A stretch of DNA of 64,000 nt from Nitrospirota bacterium (GCA_963754875.1 CAVWHO010000020.1:401405-465404); one strand, 5' to 3'; counted from the stretch's first letter, positions 1 to 11,266 are shown. Translations and numbers: made by a program. The notes: generated by a model not told the origin, from the sequence alone.

Positions 1-16
1 ATTTTTGCCGAATGCA

Positions 17-919
17 TCAGCTGACCTGCTGGACCCCGCCGCCCGTTTTCCGGGCTACGCGTGAGAGCGCCGCGAACAGTATCGGCGCCAGATAAACGGT
101 CAGGATCGTCAGGGCGATTCCCGCGATGACATCGATAACGTAATGATACCGGAGATACACGGTCGAGATGAGCAGTCCCGTTACCACCGGGATCAAGCCA
201 GCAAAAAGTCTTTTCTCCTTTTTACTCCATGCATAATAGAGGCTCATAAGCGAGACGGCTGTATGGCCGCTCGGGAAGGCATCGGTCTTATTTTTTTCGA
301 GACTGTTCAGGACATCCTGAATCTTTTCGATGAACGGGGAAACCTGCAGTCCTTCGGTCTGGAGATGGCCGAGCGTAAAACGCGGCCCGATTGCGGGAAC
401 GAGCAGGTAGCCGACGTAGGAGAGATAGAAGCAGAGCAGGATGCCGAACAGGGCCTCTTCGAATTCCTCGAACCTGCCCCTGGCAATGAGTGCGACGCCG
501 AGCGAGAGGGGGATGAAATAATAACTGATGTAGGCGAACTGGAGGAGGGCCGAAAGAGTCGGGCTGATCAGCCGTTCGAGCCATACCGTGGGGTGAACGC
601 CGAAGAGCGCATGATCGACGGAGATGAGGCTGGCGTCGAATGTCGTCGTGTGAATGCCGGCGATGAGGGCCCCCAGGCTGTTAAATATAGAGAGAACCGT
701 GATCACCGTAACGACAACCGAAAGGTAGAAACCCTTCTTTGCCGAGTCTACCCTCGTTCGGTACGCGGCAACCGCCAAGATCGCAATTGCCAGCACTGTG
801 TACGTAGCGAGAAGTCCGGCCCACGACGGGTTCATACGCGCGGAAAATACCGTAAGGCCGGAGAGAAGGACAAGAAAAGAAAGCGTTAGCAGATCAGAGG
901 GTCTCAAGACAGGGCGCAT
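17..919 (-). CDS. PAP2-family membrane phosphatase/phosphotransferase
   Basis: Multi-TM ORF with PAxGPR, AFPSGH and RYHYVID PAP2 motifs. Confidence 0.85.
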   Translation of the reverse strand: MRPVLRPSDLLTLSFLVLLSGLTVFSARMNPSWAGLLATYTVLAIAILAVAAYRTRVDSAKKGFYLSVVVTVITVLSIFNSLGALIAGIHTTTFDASLISVDHALFGVHPTVWLERLISPTLSALLQFAYISYYFIPLSLGVALIARGRFEEFEEALFGILLCFYLSYVGYLLVPAIGPRFTLGHLQTEGLQVSPFIEKIQDVLNSLEKNKTDAFPSGHTAVSLMSLYYAWSKKEKRLFAGLIPVVTGLLISTVYLRYHYVIDVIAGIALTILTVYLAPILFAALSRVARKTGGGVQQVS

Positions 920-1288
920 AGCGATATATACACTACCTGAGGCGAAATTGCAATCTCAACATCGATCCCTGCCGAATGGGTTATATATGGGTAGAAGCTA
1001 ACGAATACATGTGAAACATTATGTGTTGCTAAGAATGGCGACGACAAGAACTACAGGATGCACAGTTAACTGTAAACTTCAAATGGCATTCGCCACTTCA
1101 TCTATGATCGACTGCTCCGCGATGACACCTACAAGCTTTGGAGTTTCGCTATATGGAAACTTCAACGAATACCGGTAGAAGCTTGCATATGCAGCCCTGC
1201 CCCGGCAGACCGGATTTACGGTCACCGTTTCTGCCGGGGCAAGGCGTGACAAAGCTCAATCAGTCAACATTTCGTTATTTACAGCCTT

Positions 1289-1929
1289 CTAATGCCCTTC
1301 CGATATAACCCGTATAACATCCACTCCCTCAAACGGCGTTGACCCTATCATGCCGCTTACATGGACCGGGACGTGGTCTCCTGTCGGCAGCACCGCAATA
1401 ACATCGCTCCGTTTAAATTTCACCGTAAGCTGAGAGTGATTGTGACCGGCGTGGTCGCGGTCACAGCCGTGCTCGAGGTAATGGTCTTTTATTTCGTACG
1501 GCCACAGGCTTGGAGGGCGAGGGCGGTGTCGAGGATGTAGCTATTGGGGCAATCATCAGCGCCTCCGAACCCACCGTCTGAATTGCGGTAGAGGAGCAAA
1601 CTCGCTACATAACCTGAGGTATCCTGCCCTGCGCGTTTGAGCGCAATGATCTGACGTGAAATATAATCCGTTGGAGAAACGATCTGGCTGCTCAGCCACT
1701 GGAAGGCCGGCCCGTAAGCCGGGTTTGAGGGATCAACTGAATAGATAGCGTCCAGCGCCGCCGCAGTAGAATAATAATCTGTGGTCACAACTTCCGGCCA
1801 GTTGCTGGATGTGGTTTGAGCGGAGTAGAGCCATGAGAGTCCATTGGAAATTTGCGGAGATTGCGCGAAGACGGATGAATTCAACGCCAACAAAAGAATA
1901 ACAACAAAGCCATATACTCTTTTCCGCAT
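1289..1929 (-). pseudogene. Internally deleted large secreted protein (prenyltransferase/squalene-oxidase-like repeat N-terminus joined out of frame to a C-terminal domain)
   Basis: Signal peptide plus 'RNSDGGFG...DTALALQA', then a frame change near 1507 into 'WPYEIKDH...LTVKFKRSDVIAVLPTGDHVPVHVSGMIGSTPFEGVDVIRVISEGH*'. Confidence 0.6.
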
Positions 1930-2071
1930 GGTCCCTCCCGAAAGGCACATGTAACCACAGATTGATTCAGGAACTACGAATACAAATGATCATCTCATCG
2001 TCAATTCGATACTTTGAAGGATGAAAGAAAGTATTTTTGTACCATCACAAAACTCCGCTATCACGTCATGA

Positions 2072-3055
2072 TTATTTACGAAGCATAAAACTTCGATTAA
2101 AAAAACGAACAAACCGTTTTGCAATTTTAATTGAATCTGTTTCGTATAACTCCATTGTCATTTCAATATCTGGATTTATTTTTTTTATTATTTCGGCGAT
2201 TTCTGTTATCTGAGCAATATAATCATCTAAGGTTGAAAACACTATTTCGTAAATATCGTTATTACCAGTTTTAATGATTAGAAAAGGGCGTATACTTTTC
2301 ATGAATTCTTTCATCTTGCCTTCAACCGCCTTAATTTCTGAGAGAGGGATAACATCTCTTTCCCGCCAGCTTTTGGGGAAACGAATATGAAATATTAAAT
2401 AATCAAGAATAATTACATTCGAAGTGGTAATTACGAAATGCTTTCTTGCAACTCTTTCACCATTCTTTAATTTTTGGAAAGATGACGTTAGCTTCTTATG
2501 AAAGAGTATTTCTTCATCAATTGCTAAACTCAATAAAGGCATTAACTGGTCTGGTATCTTGTCTCCTCTTACAATTGCTGAGGCATGATTTGTTGATGGA
2601 CCAAGAAGATCGCCTTTCTTGTATGAGCAATTTGAGCAGGTTTCAACCAGTTGAATATTGTAAAAATGACAAGACGGACACTCAATAAAATATTGGCCTT
2701 TTGCCAGACCAATTACCATTTTCTCAAACAGAATATGTATCAGTAGGTCTACAACCACAAACGTTGCCAAAACTATGAAATAATAATATGGCTTTGCAGT
2801 TTGCATAAATATCGGACCGTTAGTGGCGTCCAAATACATAGAAACAATAAAGGCCGGTAGAAAAATAAAAATATATTTTTTTTCTACTCCCAAAGCCTTT
2901 AGGAAACAGTAGCTCATATATATCAGGAAAAACCTGTAACTGCCGACGCCTGAAATAAGAAAGAGAATCCCAGTTACAACACCAGACATGTTTACAACAA
3001 AATCACGATACTGACTTGAAAACCGTTTAATCTTCACCTTTATAACTTCCTCCAA
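2072..3055 (-). CDS. Hypothetical membrane protein with zinc-ribbon (CxxC...CxxC)
   Basis: 327-aa AT-rich ORF, N-terminal TM segments, CPSC/CSNC. Confidence 0.7.
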   Translation of the reverse strand: MEEVIKVKIKRFSSQYRDFVVNMSGVVTGILFLISGVGSYRFFLIYMSYCFLKALGVEKKYIFIFLPAFIVSMYLDATNGPIFMQTAKPYYYFIVLATFVVVDLLIHILFEKMVIGLAKGQYFIECPSCHFYNIQLVETCSNCSYKKGDLLGPSTNHASAIVRGDKIPDQLMPLLSLAIDEEILFHKKLTSSFQKLKNGERVARKHFVITTSNVIILDYLIFHIRFPKSWRERDVIPLSEIKAVEGKMKEFMKSIRPFLIIKTGNNDIYEIVFSTLDDYIAQITEIAEIIKKINPDIEMTMELYETDSIKIAKRFVRFFNRSFMLRK

Positions 3056-3153
3056 TCAGGCCTTCACATTCCCGCATGAAACTTCTCCAAGTTTGCAGCG
3101 ACTGGAAATCGGTAGCAATAAAGAGACGTGGATCAGAATAAAATGCTTATAGT

Positions 3154-6100
3154 TTAAGCACAACAATGTAATTCTTTTCCCAAAATTAAACTCGGCTGGA
3201 CATTCATTGTCTTTATATACTCGTCATAAAACCCACTGAGGATTATTTCTGCATTCTGAGCAAGTCTCCAATAATTAGTTAAATGCTCCGATTGTTTTAT
3301 GTACTTTAAATATATGAAACACATGTAAACCATAATATAATATGCTCCACCAGTAGGATCTGTCGGTATTGGCCATGGCGGTGGCGAGTGTTGTGCATAA
3401 AACACTGAAGCATCATAAAAGGCAGCGCTCCACTTGACTTTTTGGAATAAATCAGCTAATTGTAAAGAATAATCTAAATATTTATCACTTACATTGCTAT
3501 ATAATGAGGCAAACAATACACCAATTGCTGAAATAAAGCTCGTGACAGCATCATCAAATGCTGCCGTAGTGGCAGCGATTTCGGGAGCAAATGCTCCCAC
3601 AAGCATTCCGATCGCTATGGTCAGAGCGATAATGGCAAGAATCCACATAACAGTCCAGAAATAATACCAGAAGCAAGATCCATTTAATCCATTGCTGATC
3701 ATATAAGCGCCTGCCCCGGTATTTGGGTCTATGATAATGTAACCACACCCGGTCCAGCCATTATAAGTGATGTTTGACTGTTGAACTGTAACAATTTTCC
3801 CGGTATTTACGGCATTTTGAATATCGGACTTTACATCTTCATTTACGCCCAGTAGCGGGAATATTGAATTTATATTCGACTGATTGATAACGTAAATAGG
3901 AATACCCTGATCATTCGCAAGCCTAAGAGCTGTAACAGCTGAAACGCCTTGCACATCATTTGTGGGCGTGGAAAATAGCTGCTCCGGTACGTCATGCTCC
4001 AGCGCAGATGAGTTGGATCCTGATGAAAGCATATATTGTTTGACTTTATCGAGACCCCCATCTTTACTGAAAACCGCTTGCATAATTCTGTCTACATCCA
4101 TCACCATACCTTTAGGGCCGGCACTTATAGGGATACCGAAAGCGTCAGTCACATTGAGTGCCATAGAGAACATGCCAACAGAGGGTATGCGATACCGAAC
4201 GATATTCGAGGTCCGGGCAGCAATCTCATCGGCCACATCTAGTTCGGCAAAATAACAGGCAATAACGGTGGAGAGGATGTCACCCATCAGATCGTCTTTA
4301 GTGATCCCGTCAAATGTTTGTGCCTCTAATTTAGTCTTTGTTGTTTCTAGTTTTGCTTTAAGAGCATTGAGTCGATCAGCACTAATCCGCCCTGTATCCA
4401 CACCAATTCCGTAATATTCTCCGGCTTTGATCACGTTGTTTATATTGCTTACACCAATGCCTGGTTCATTTAGCGATATCGTGAATGCTTGATCACTACC
4501 CATTGTTCCAGGAACGCCAGTTGCCACAATCTGTCCTTCGATCCGGAGTTCGGGCTTAAAATTAATAAGATACGCGGGAAGGGATAATGGTAATTGGCTC
4601 GGGTCTATGGGCGTTCCATTAGGATTGGGGACAGGAAGAAGCGATTCTAGCACCGCCTCATCATTGTCCGTAGCTGGTGAGAATGAGAGTGTTATCTTCT
4701 TCCCTGCGATCTGTGCCATACTCGTTGTGTAGGACAGTCCTGCAGTTGCTCCAGTCGGATCGGGGATGGTGAATCTAATAGTCTCACGGAGATTATCTGA
4801 AACTGCAGTAAATTCCGAACCAACTTGGACAGTTTTATAAGGAAGTGTTCCGAGGAGGATCGGGAAGTTCTGCTGAATAATCTGCTTCGTGCCGATCACA
4901 TCTCCAACAGTGGCGCTCGGATAGTTCTGCTGAATGTAGTCGTTAACACGGGTCTGGTAATCTTGCATGGTTTGCTGGACATACGCCGAGTTCAGATTTG
5001 TGATCGAGCCGAATGTCGTATCAGTCGTTGCCGTAGACAAGAACTGATTCATAAAGGTTTGACCGTCGAAACTCACAGCTGATGCTATGTCGATTCCCTG
5101 CGTGTAATTGTACTGCTTGTAGCTCGCATCAAGCGGTATCCAGGCATTTCCCTGCCTCTGTACTGCGCCCCGGCTTGGGATGTAGTCGATATACGCCTTG
5201 ACCCAGACGTGTTCGATCTGTTCGTATTGGATCGTACTGCCTGAAACGAGGGCTGTTGCTGGGACCCCGTTGGTGGCGAGAACAGTGCCTGCCATATTCG
5301 GGTCTGTCACGCCTCCCACCCAGTTCATGGCTTTATCTATCGGCATTTGTATGGTTCCGTAGACGTAATGAGCGTATATCCCCGATACTCTGAGGAGAGC
5401 GATGAGCAGACTGGCTGTGTCCATGTCGTTGCATATCTTTGACTGGAGGCACTGGTCCGCGCCCTGGATTGAACCGTAGGTTGGCGCGTATTCTATGTTG
5501 TTGCGGACCCAGTTGTAGATTTGTACGGGATTATTATTAAGCTGCGTCGCAAGATTAATAATATCTTGGGTGAACTGGATATCCGGAGTTTCAGCCAAGT
5601 CATCAGCGGAAGGTTGGCCCGTCATTTGTGCGAGAATGAATGGTGTTGAATCGACTAAGGCAAGTTGTGAAAGATCGTTGATTTCAGATTTCGGGATGAT
5701 ACCACCCCTCATCTCACTCCTTTCCCCTGAGGGGCGAGGGATTGTAAAGGAAATGTCGCTTGCAGTTTGATTGAATGCCAGAAGAACAGGTTTATGCTGA
5801 GGTGTGGAGTCTATTGAGCGTGAAATCTGCATGTATCTGCGTAAATCTGCGGATAAAAAGTCTTGCGGGTTTGAAGCAGTCCTTAATGACTTCTGCTGCG
5901 GAAAATCCTTTTCAAAATCTTCTTTCTTCAGCCTCGGCGATCGTTTTTTCCCTTTTACCATCCTGTTCGGGAGGTTATTCGGATCAAGTGTCTTATGCAT
6001 CTTTGGCGGCTTTACTTTTTCGAGATGCAGCCTAACTTTTTCAATTTTGGCCTTGAGGTCTGATTTTGTCTTTGCCTGCTCGACATCGTCGAGGTTCGTC

Positions 6101-6531
6101 CTCAGCTCTTTCAGATTATCTTCATAGTGCTTTACGAATTTATAGTGCCGGGCGAGGATTTCATTCGGCAGATGCGCGTCTTTAAGCTTCTTTTCCGTTG
6201 CAGGAAATTCTTTTTTAAAATCGGTATCTAATGAATCTATCTCGGCTCTTTTAGCTCTTATCGCTACTATTTCCGCTGAAGCGTCTTCACCTTTATTGGT
6301 TTTATCTCCTGCTTTTGCTGCTGTCTGACGGATATCTTCCAGCGCCTTCTCGAACCGCGCCTCTGGTCGCTCTTGACTTTTATCGGATGCCGCTGGACTC
6401 TGCTTTATCGTCCCTTTGCCCTGCGGTGTCGCTGCATATGCGACCGCTGCATACAAAGGCAAGTACGTCCAACAGAAAAAGAAGAGCGTGATACCAGAAA
6501 ATATTCTTAATGCCCGATAGAAAGCCCGCAT
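3154..6531 (-). CDS. Large secreted transglutaminase-like domain protein
   Basis: Signal peptide; 'IYNWVRNNIEY','DTASLLIALLRVSGIYAHYVYG','EHVWV','WIPLDASYK' motifs. Confidence 0.85.
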   Translation of the reverse strand: MRAFYRALRIFSGITLFFFCWTYLPLYAAVAYAATPQGKGTIKQSPAASDKSQERPEARFEKALEDIRQTAAKAGDKTNKGEDASAEIVAIRAKRAEIDSLDTDFKKEFPATEKKLKDAHLPNEILARHYKFVKHYEDNLKELRTNLDDVEQAKTKSDLKAKIEKVRLHLEKVKPPKMHKTLDPNNLPNRMVKGKKRSPRLKKEDFEKDFPQQKSLRTASNPQDFLSADLRRYMQISRSIDSTPQHKPVLLAFNQTASDISFTIPRPSGERSEMRGGIIPKSEINDLSQLALVDSTPFILAQMTGQPSADDLAETPDIQFTQDIINLATQLNNNPVQIYNWVRNNIEYAPTYGSIQGADQCLQSKICNDMDTASLLIALLRVSGIYAHYVYGTIQMPIDKAMNWVGGVTDPNMAGTVLATNGVPATALVSGSTIQYEQIEHVWVKAYIDYIPSRGAVQRQGNAWIPLDASYKQYNYTQGIDIASAVSFDGQTFMNQFLSTATTDTTFGSITNLNSAYVQQTMQDYQTRVNDYIQQNYPSATVGDVIGTKQIIQQNFPILLGTLPYKTVQVGSEFTAVSDNLRETIRFTIPDPTGATAGLSYTTSMAQIAGKKITLSFSPATDNDEAVLESLLPVPNPNGTPIDPSQLPLSLPAYLINFKPELRIEGQIVATGVPGTMGSDQAFTISLNEPGIGVSNINNVIKAGEYYGIGVDTGRISADRLNALKAKLETTKTKLEAQTFDGITKDDLMGDILSTVIACYFAELDVADEIAARTSNIVRYRIPSVGMFSMALNVTDAFGIPISAGPKGMVMDVDRIMQAVFSKDGGLDKVKQYMLSSGSNSSALEHDVPEQLFSTPTNDVQGVSAVTALRLANDQGIPIYVINQSNINSIFPLLGVNEDVKSDIQNAVNTGKIVTVQQSNITYNGWTGCGYIIIDPNTGAGAYMISNGLNGSCFWYYFWTVMWILAIIALTIAIGMLVGAFAPEIAATTAAFDDAVTSFISAIGVLFASLYSNVSDKYLDYSLQLADLFQKVKWSAAFYDASVFYAQHSPPPWPIPTDPTGGAYYIMVYMCFIYLKYIKQSEHLTNYWRLAQNAEIILSGFYDEYIKTMNVQPSLILGKELHCCA

Positions 6532-6849
6532 AGATCGATCTCCCGTACGTATTCAGATTTTCAAGCTAATAATAAGAAGTGAGTTAAGGCAAGATAATTC
6601 GGAAATACATGCTACTTTTGTAGCATAAATTTGCAGATCAAGTCAATGACCCAAATAGGGTATTTTCGGGCGATGTAATTTGAAACAACGATCTTCTAAA
6701 GCAGAAACTTTGCCTTCATGTGTATTCTGGTGAATTCAGGCAGGCATTCGGTTTCGTTTCGGGCACGCATTCCGATTCAATTCGGGCACTCTCCAACGGG
6801 ATAACCGATTGCTGGGTTAAAGCTACTATCTCATAGGGATTTTGACTTG

Positions 6850-7590
6850 TCAACGATTGATCTTTGATTTGCTCTTTCTCATTGATTCTCCTTTCAGGTC
6901 TATTTTGTAGGCGTTATGCACCAGACGGTCCATGATAGCGTCAGCCAAGGTCGGGTCGGCCAGGATATCATGCCAGTGCTTAACCGGCATTTGGGTAGTT
7001 ATGAGGGTCGACCGGCGATCATAACGGTCCTCGATGATTTCCAGAAGATCTCTTTGCTGTTCCGTCGTGAGCGGAGCAAGTCCGAAGTCGTCGAGGACAA
7101 GCAGGTCTGCCTTGAGAAGTGACTTCATCAGTTTCCGATACCGTCCGTCGTGATGCGATAGGGCCAGATCTTCAAGAAGCCTCGGCAGCCTCTGATACAC
7201 GACGGCATGACCATCACGGCAGGCTTTGTGGGACAGGGCGCAGGCAAGATAGCTCTTTCCCACGCCGGTCGGGCCGATGATAAGCAGATTGTGATGCTCG
7301 ATAATCCACTGGTTCGACGCAAGCGACAGAATGAGCGATTTGTCCAGCCCTCGGGGCTGACGGAAGTCGATGTCTTCGATAGATGCTGAGATTCTCAGTT
7401 TTGCAGCTCGTAAGCGCGTAACAAGCCGTCTGTTCTCTCGTTCTGTCAGTTCTCGGTCAATAAGGAGCCCAAGCCGCTCCTCAAAGCTTAGTGAAGTCGC
7501 TTTTTGATTCTGCAGTTGTTCACGCAGGGCTTTTGCCATGCCAAAAAGACGGAGTTGTTCGATCTTGTCGAGTGTGGGATGCGCTAACAT
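6850..7590 (-). CDS. istB: IS21 helper ATPase IstB
   Basis: Walker A GPTGVGKS, LLVLDDFG, DRLVHNA. Confidence 0.95.
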   Translation of the reverse strand: MLAHPTLDKIEQLRLFGMAKALREQLQNQKATSLSFEERLGLLIDRELTERENRRLVTRLRAAKLRISASIEDIDFRQPRGLDKSLILSLASNQWIIEHHNLLIIGPTGVGKSYLACALSHKACRDGHAVVYQRLPRLLEDLALSHHDGRYRKLMKSLLKADLLVLDDFGLAPLTTEQQRDLLEIIEDRYDRRSTLITTQMPVKHWHDILADPTLADAIMDRLVHNAYKIDLKGESMRKSKSKINR

Positions 7591-7608
7591 AATAGTCTCC
7601 TTTTGCAG

Positions 7609-9150
7609 TTAGTTATAGTATTCGCTGCCACGGATGTTGCTGTGAGTGATCGCCTGTGATGCGGCTTTTGGCTCTGGTAACGGTTTTTTGTCTAAATTTG
7701 TTTCAAGGATGGACTTGACGCTTCCGAAACTGATGCCCCCGATGGCGAGTGCTCGCTTGCAGGCAGCCTCGACGCGTTCTTTGCCAAACTTCTTGGAAAG
7801 AGTGATGATCCCCATACAGGAACGAAAGCCTTGTTGTGGGTGAAGCTTCTTTGCGAGAATGGCCGTAACCAGCTCTGCCGTTGATTTGCCGGTTTCCGAT
7901 GCCCAGCGTATCAGGCGCTCTGGGGTCCAGTCAGCATAGTCCCGATGGGACTTCGGCATGTGCTCGGCAAGTGTCGTATGTCTTCCCTTGGCATAGGACC
8001 GGATATGTGAGGCGATGCGTTTGTTGTGAAAGAAGACTTCTACAATCGATTCCGTTAGCCGTACGTCCAGGTATTCATTGCGGAGTTGGTAGGGTACGCT
8101 GTAATAGTGGTCATTGACTTCGACGTGGTAATCGATGCCGGAACGTTTTTTTATCTTCCATTCTGCGTACTCGAAGGCCACAGCAGGCAGCGGTTGTAAT
8201 GCAGGCTTATCGATCTCCAGAAAACGGCTCATACGGCTGCCGGAGAGCTTCTTGAAGGGCCGGTTATTGAGTCTATCCAGCAGTTCCCGGATAGCGGCAT
8301 TGAGTTCTGCGAGGCTGAAGAAGGTACGGTTCCTGAGGGCTGCCAGGATCCAACGCTGCACCAGAAGGACTCCGGCTTCAACTTTCGCTTTGTCTTTAGG
8401 CTTCCTGACGCGGGCAGGAATGACCGCAGCACCGTAATGAACTGCAAGCTCTTGATAGGTGCGATTGACGCCTGGCTCATAGCGACAGACCTTGGTGATG
8501 CCGGAGAGAAGATTATCAGGGATCAGGATCTCGGGCACACCGTCGATGAACTTAAGGGTCCGGACATGGGAACCGATCCAGTCTGGCAGACCCTGCGTAA
8601 ACGTTGCTTCGGCATATGTAAAGTTGCTGGCGCCTAGGACGGCGACGAAGATCTGACAGTTGTGTACCTCTCCGGTGGATTTGTCGATTACCGAGACTGT
8701 TTGGCCACAGTAATCAACAAACAGCTTTTCTCCTGCAAGATGAACCTGTCGCATGGAGATATCGAGCTTTTTTGCATAGGCGCGATAGAGGTCACAAAAA
8801 TGTGCGTACTGATATCCTTCAGGATATTGCGCTTTGTACTCGTCCCACAGGAGCATCAGGGTAACACTTTTACGCGCAAGCTCGCGGTGAACATCCTCCC
8901 ATACAGGGAGCGGACGTGGAGATGTGGAGACAATGACCGGCGGGTAGAGAAGATGCTCGAGGGCGGTATCGTCCAGGTCTGCCGGCAGGGGCCATGATAG
9001 CCCGGCCTGTCTGGCTCGTTTCGTATACTCGTCAACGGTGCTTCTGGCTATTCCACAGCTTTTGGATATAGCGCGGCGGTCTAGGCCGCAGGACCATTTG
9101 AGGCGTAAAACTTCTTTAATTGTTCGCACGGGTATTCTTTCTCTCGTCAT
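7609..9150 (-). CDS. istA: IS21 transposase IstA
   Basis: DDE transposase motifs (FVDY, PDNL, KPKDKAKVE). Confidence 0.95.
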   Translation of the reverse strand: MTRERIPVRTIKEVLRLKWSCGLDRRAISKSCGIARSTVDEYTKRARQAGLSWPLPADLDDTALEHLLYPPVIVSTSPRPLPVWEDVHRELARKSVTLMLLWDEYKAQYPEGYQYAHFCDLYRAYAKKLDISMRQVHLAGEKLFVDYCGQTVSVIDKSTGEVHNCQIFVAVLGASNFTYAEATFTQGLPDWIGSHVRTLKFIDGVPEILIPDNLLSGITKVCRYEPGVNRTYQELAVHYGAAVIPARVRKPKDKAKVEAGVLLVQRWILAALRNRTFFSLAELNAAIRELLDRLNNRPFKKLSGSRMSRFLEIDKPALQPLPAVAFEYAEWKIKKRSGIDYHVEVNDHYYSVPYQLRNEYLDVRLTESIVEVFFHNKRIASHIRSYAKGRHTTLAEHMPKSHRDYADWTPERLIRWASETGKSTAELVTAILAKKLHPQQGFRSCMGIITLSKKFGKERVEAACKRALAIGGISFGSVKSILETNLDKKPLPEPKAASQAITHSNIRGSEYYN

Positions 9151-9865
9151 CCAGCTCTCCTTAGAAGCGAATTTTAAGGAGCAGGATATACGAATTTGTA
9201 GAATTTACCCAGCGTCGTTTAATGCGTTAGAGGGTGCCTGAATTGGAGCGGAACACCGGCCCGAATTGCAGTGGAATGGGTGCCTGAATTGGAGCAGAAC
9301 AGGTGCCTGAATTGCAGTGGAATGGCTGCCTGAATTGGAGCAGAATACTCAGCCTTCAGTCTCATTCTTATAGACTGTAATTTCACCCAACATGATGGTC
9401 GCGGCACCATAGCATTGTCGGATGAGGTCGTCAATCAGGGAAACCCTATTTTTGGCTTCGATTTTCCTGATGTTATAAAATGGAAACGCGACAAGGGGAG
9501 AACAACGCAGTCAATCTGAAAAAAATGGAGATGCCTGTATCTGTATGTAGAAGTAGTGGACGTTATGATGTTCTCAAGCCTCAAAATAAGAGATTTCGAG
9601 TAGCAAATTCGACATGAAGTAGTGAAAAATTGACTGGCGACAAAATCACACCTTCAGGAAGATATTTGGACTGTAATTTTCAATCAGAATATTTCAGCTT
9701 TCTCTTCTCAGGCCGGCGTCGAAGCCACCTATTATTGTGCAATTTTAGCAAAGAAAATTATCATCAACTACCGCATGTAACTTACACATGAACGCTGCCT
9801 AAAGGTACGGCGTGGTTGGGATCAGCGGAAGGTCATCGTGCCGGCAATTCTGTGGATGAAAATTG

Positions 9866-11266
9866 CTACTTGTAATATTCCGGATATATCATTTTCGCGC
9901 ATTGCGGGCAGATACTGTGGCTGAATTCTGCCAGTGAATGCCTGCTCAGATATGCTTCGATCTGGTTCCAATATCCGTTGTCGTCGCGTATTTTCTTGCA
10001 GGACGCGCAAATCGGGATGAACCCGCGCAACGTCTTTATGTTGTCAAGAGCTTCCTGAAGTTCAGAAACGAGCTTTATCCGCTCTTCCTCCATCTTCTTT
10101 CGCTCCGTGATCTCGCCGGTCAGCTTATCATTCGCCATCATCAGCGCCGCAGTGCGTTCCTGGACCCGCAACTCCAGTTCGTCCCTCGACCTTCTGAGCT
10201 CGATCTCCGCCTGTCTGAGAGCGGTTATATCCCGCACGATGTACACATTGGCGAGCAGCCGGCCGTTTGCATCCTTCATAACGGATGCTGACAGGTTGAG
10301 AACCTGCTTGCGGCCGTCCGGATGGTCATAGGAAAGATCGAGCTGTTGCGCCTGCTTTCTGCCGGCCGCTACAGCGGTCTGATCTAAGGATACAACGTCG
10401 TTAAAAAACGCAGAAATATGCTTCCCCACGAGATCCGGGGTCGAATGACCGAGCACCTGGGTCGTGGGATTGTTCACAAGCCGGATAATGCCTTCCGCAT
10501 CGAGAACCAGTAACGCATCGTTCATGGTGTCGATGATGTTCTGAGCGGCGAATCGCGGAGAGATGTCCACTAATCGGTAACGGCTGATGGTCGTCTCAAG
10601 TATCCAAAGGGCGATAAAGATCGCAAAAAAGCCGAAGGGAAAGATTGGAACGCCAAGTCCTGGAAGATAGTCGACAAGACCTAAAGAGCCGATGCCGAAC
10701 GCGATAAAGTACGCTTTGATGCGATGGTATTGGACGCTGTTCGGTGCAGCCTGTTTCTGGCCGAGCCAGAAGTGACGCAGGCCGAGGCCATAGAACGTCA
10801 GCATATATATGATGAGCAGCGTGTTCTGTGGCGCCATTGCTCCCTGGTAACCCCAGGTGTAGTGAATGACGCCTTTCACGATAAGGTCCGTATTGATCGC
10901 GATGATCGAGAAAAGCGTCGACAGGATCCACCCCGTCCAAATGGTGGTTCGGTGCTTTTTGTCGACCCTGAGTGCCACGACAGCAAAATGGTAGATCCCC
11001 GCTGGGATGAACGAGATGCCGATATTGGACGTTTTTGCCCACCATATCGACACTGCTTCTTGGTTAGAACTATAGGTAAAAAAATTAGAAACAAGCCAAA
11101 TAGTAATGACGATGCCGAGGAAGGCCAGTGCGTCGGCGGCGAGGCTGAACTTTTCCAGGATCAGATGCCGTAGAGAAATGATCAGCGCCGTGACCGCGAT
11201 GAGGAGCGTGGGTATGGCGTAGGGATTGAAAAAGTAGTTTGTGGACTCAAAAATCTGGTTTGACAT
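9866..11266 (-). CDS. 7TM membrane sensor + PAS domain + C-terminal Cys-rich zinc-finger-like domain
   Basis: Hydrophobic N-half, PAS ('DALLVLDAEGIIRLVN'), coiled coil, 'PICASCKKIRDD...SHSICPQC'. Confidence 0.8.
   Translation of the reverse strand: MSNQIFESTNYFFNPYAIPTLLIAVTALIISLRHLILEKFSLAADALAFLGIVITIWLVSNFFTYSSNQEAVSIWWAKTSNIGISFIPAGIYHFAVVALRVDKKHRTTIWTGWILSTLFSIIAINTDLIVKGVIHYTWGYQGAMAPQNTLLIIYMLTFYGLGLRHFWLGQKQAAPNSVQYHRIKAYFIAFGIGSLGLVDYLPGLGVPIFPFGFFAIFIALWILETTISRYRLVDISPRFAAQNIIDTMNDALLVLDAEGIIRLVNNPTTQVLGHSTPDLVGKHISAFFNDVVSLDQTAVAAGRKQAQQLDLSYDHPDGRKQVLNLSASVMKDANGRLLANVYIVRDITALRQAEIELRRSRDELELRVQERTAALMMANDKLTGEITERKKMEEERIKLVSELQEALDNIKTLRGFIPICASCKKIRDDNGYWNQIEAYLSRHSLAEFSHSICPQCAKMIYPEYYK

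Larger units (their letters stand above)
6719..9351 (-). mobile_element. IS21-family insertion sequence, copy 1
   Basis: istA+istB; TG..CA ends (TGTGTATTCTG / CAGAATACTCA); 7-bp target duplication GCCTTCA at 6712-6718 and 9352-9358; subterminal repeats. Confidence 0.95.

Noticed and set aside
9233..9351. Short regularly spaced repeats resembling a CRISPR array (also 38185-38302, 6719-6790, 35668-35740)
   Set aside because: ~22-bp period with no unique spacers, located inside IS21 ends; these are transposase-binding repeats and no cas genes are present
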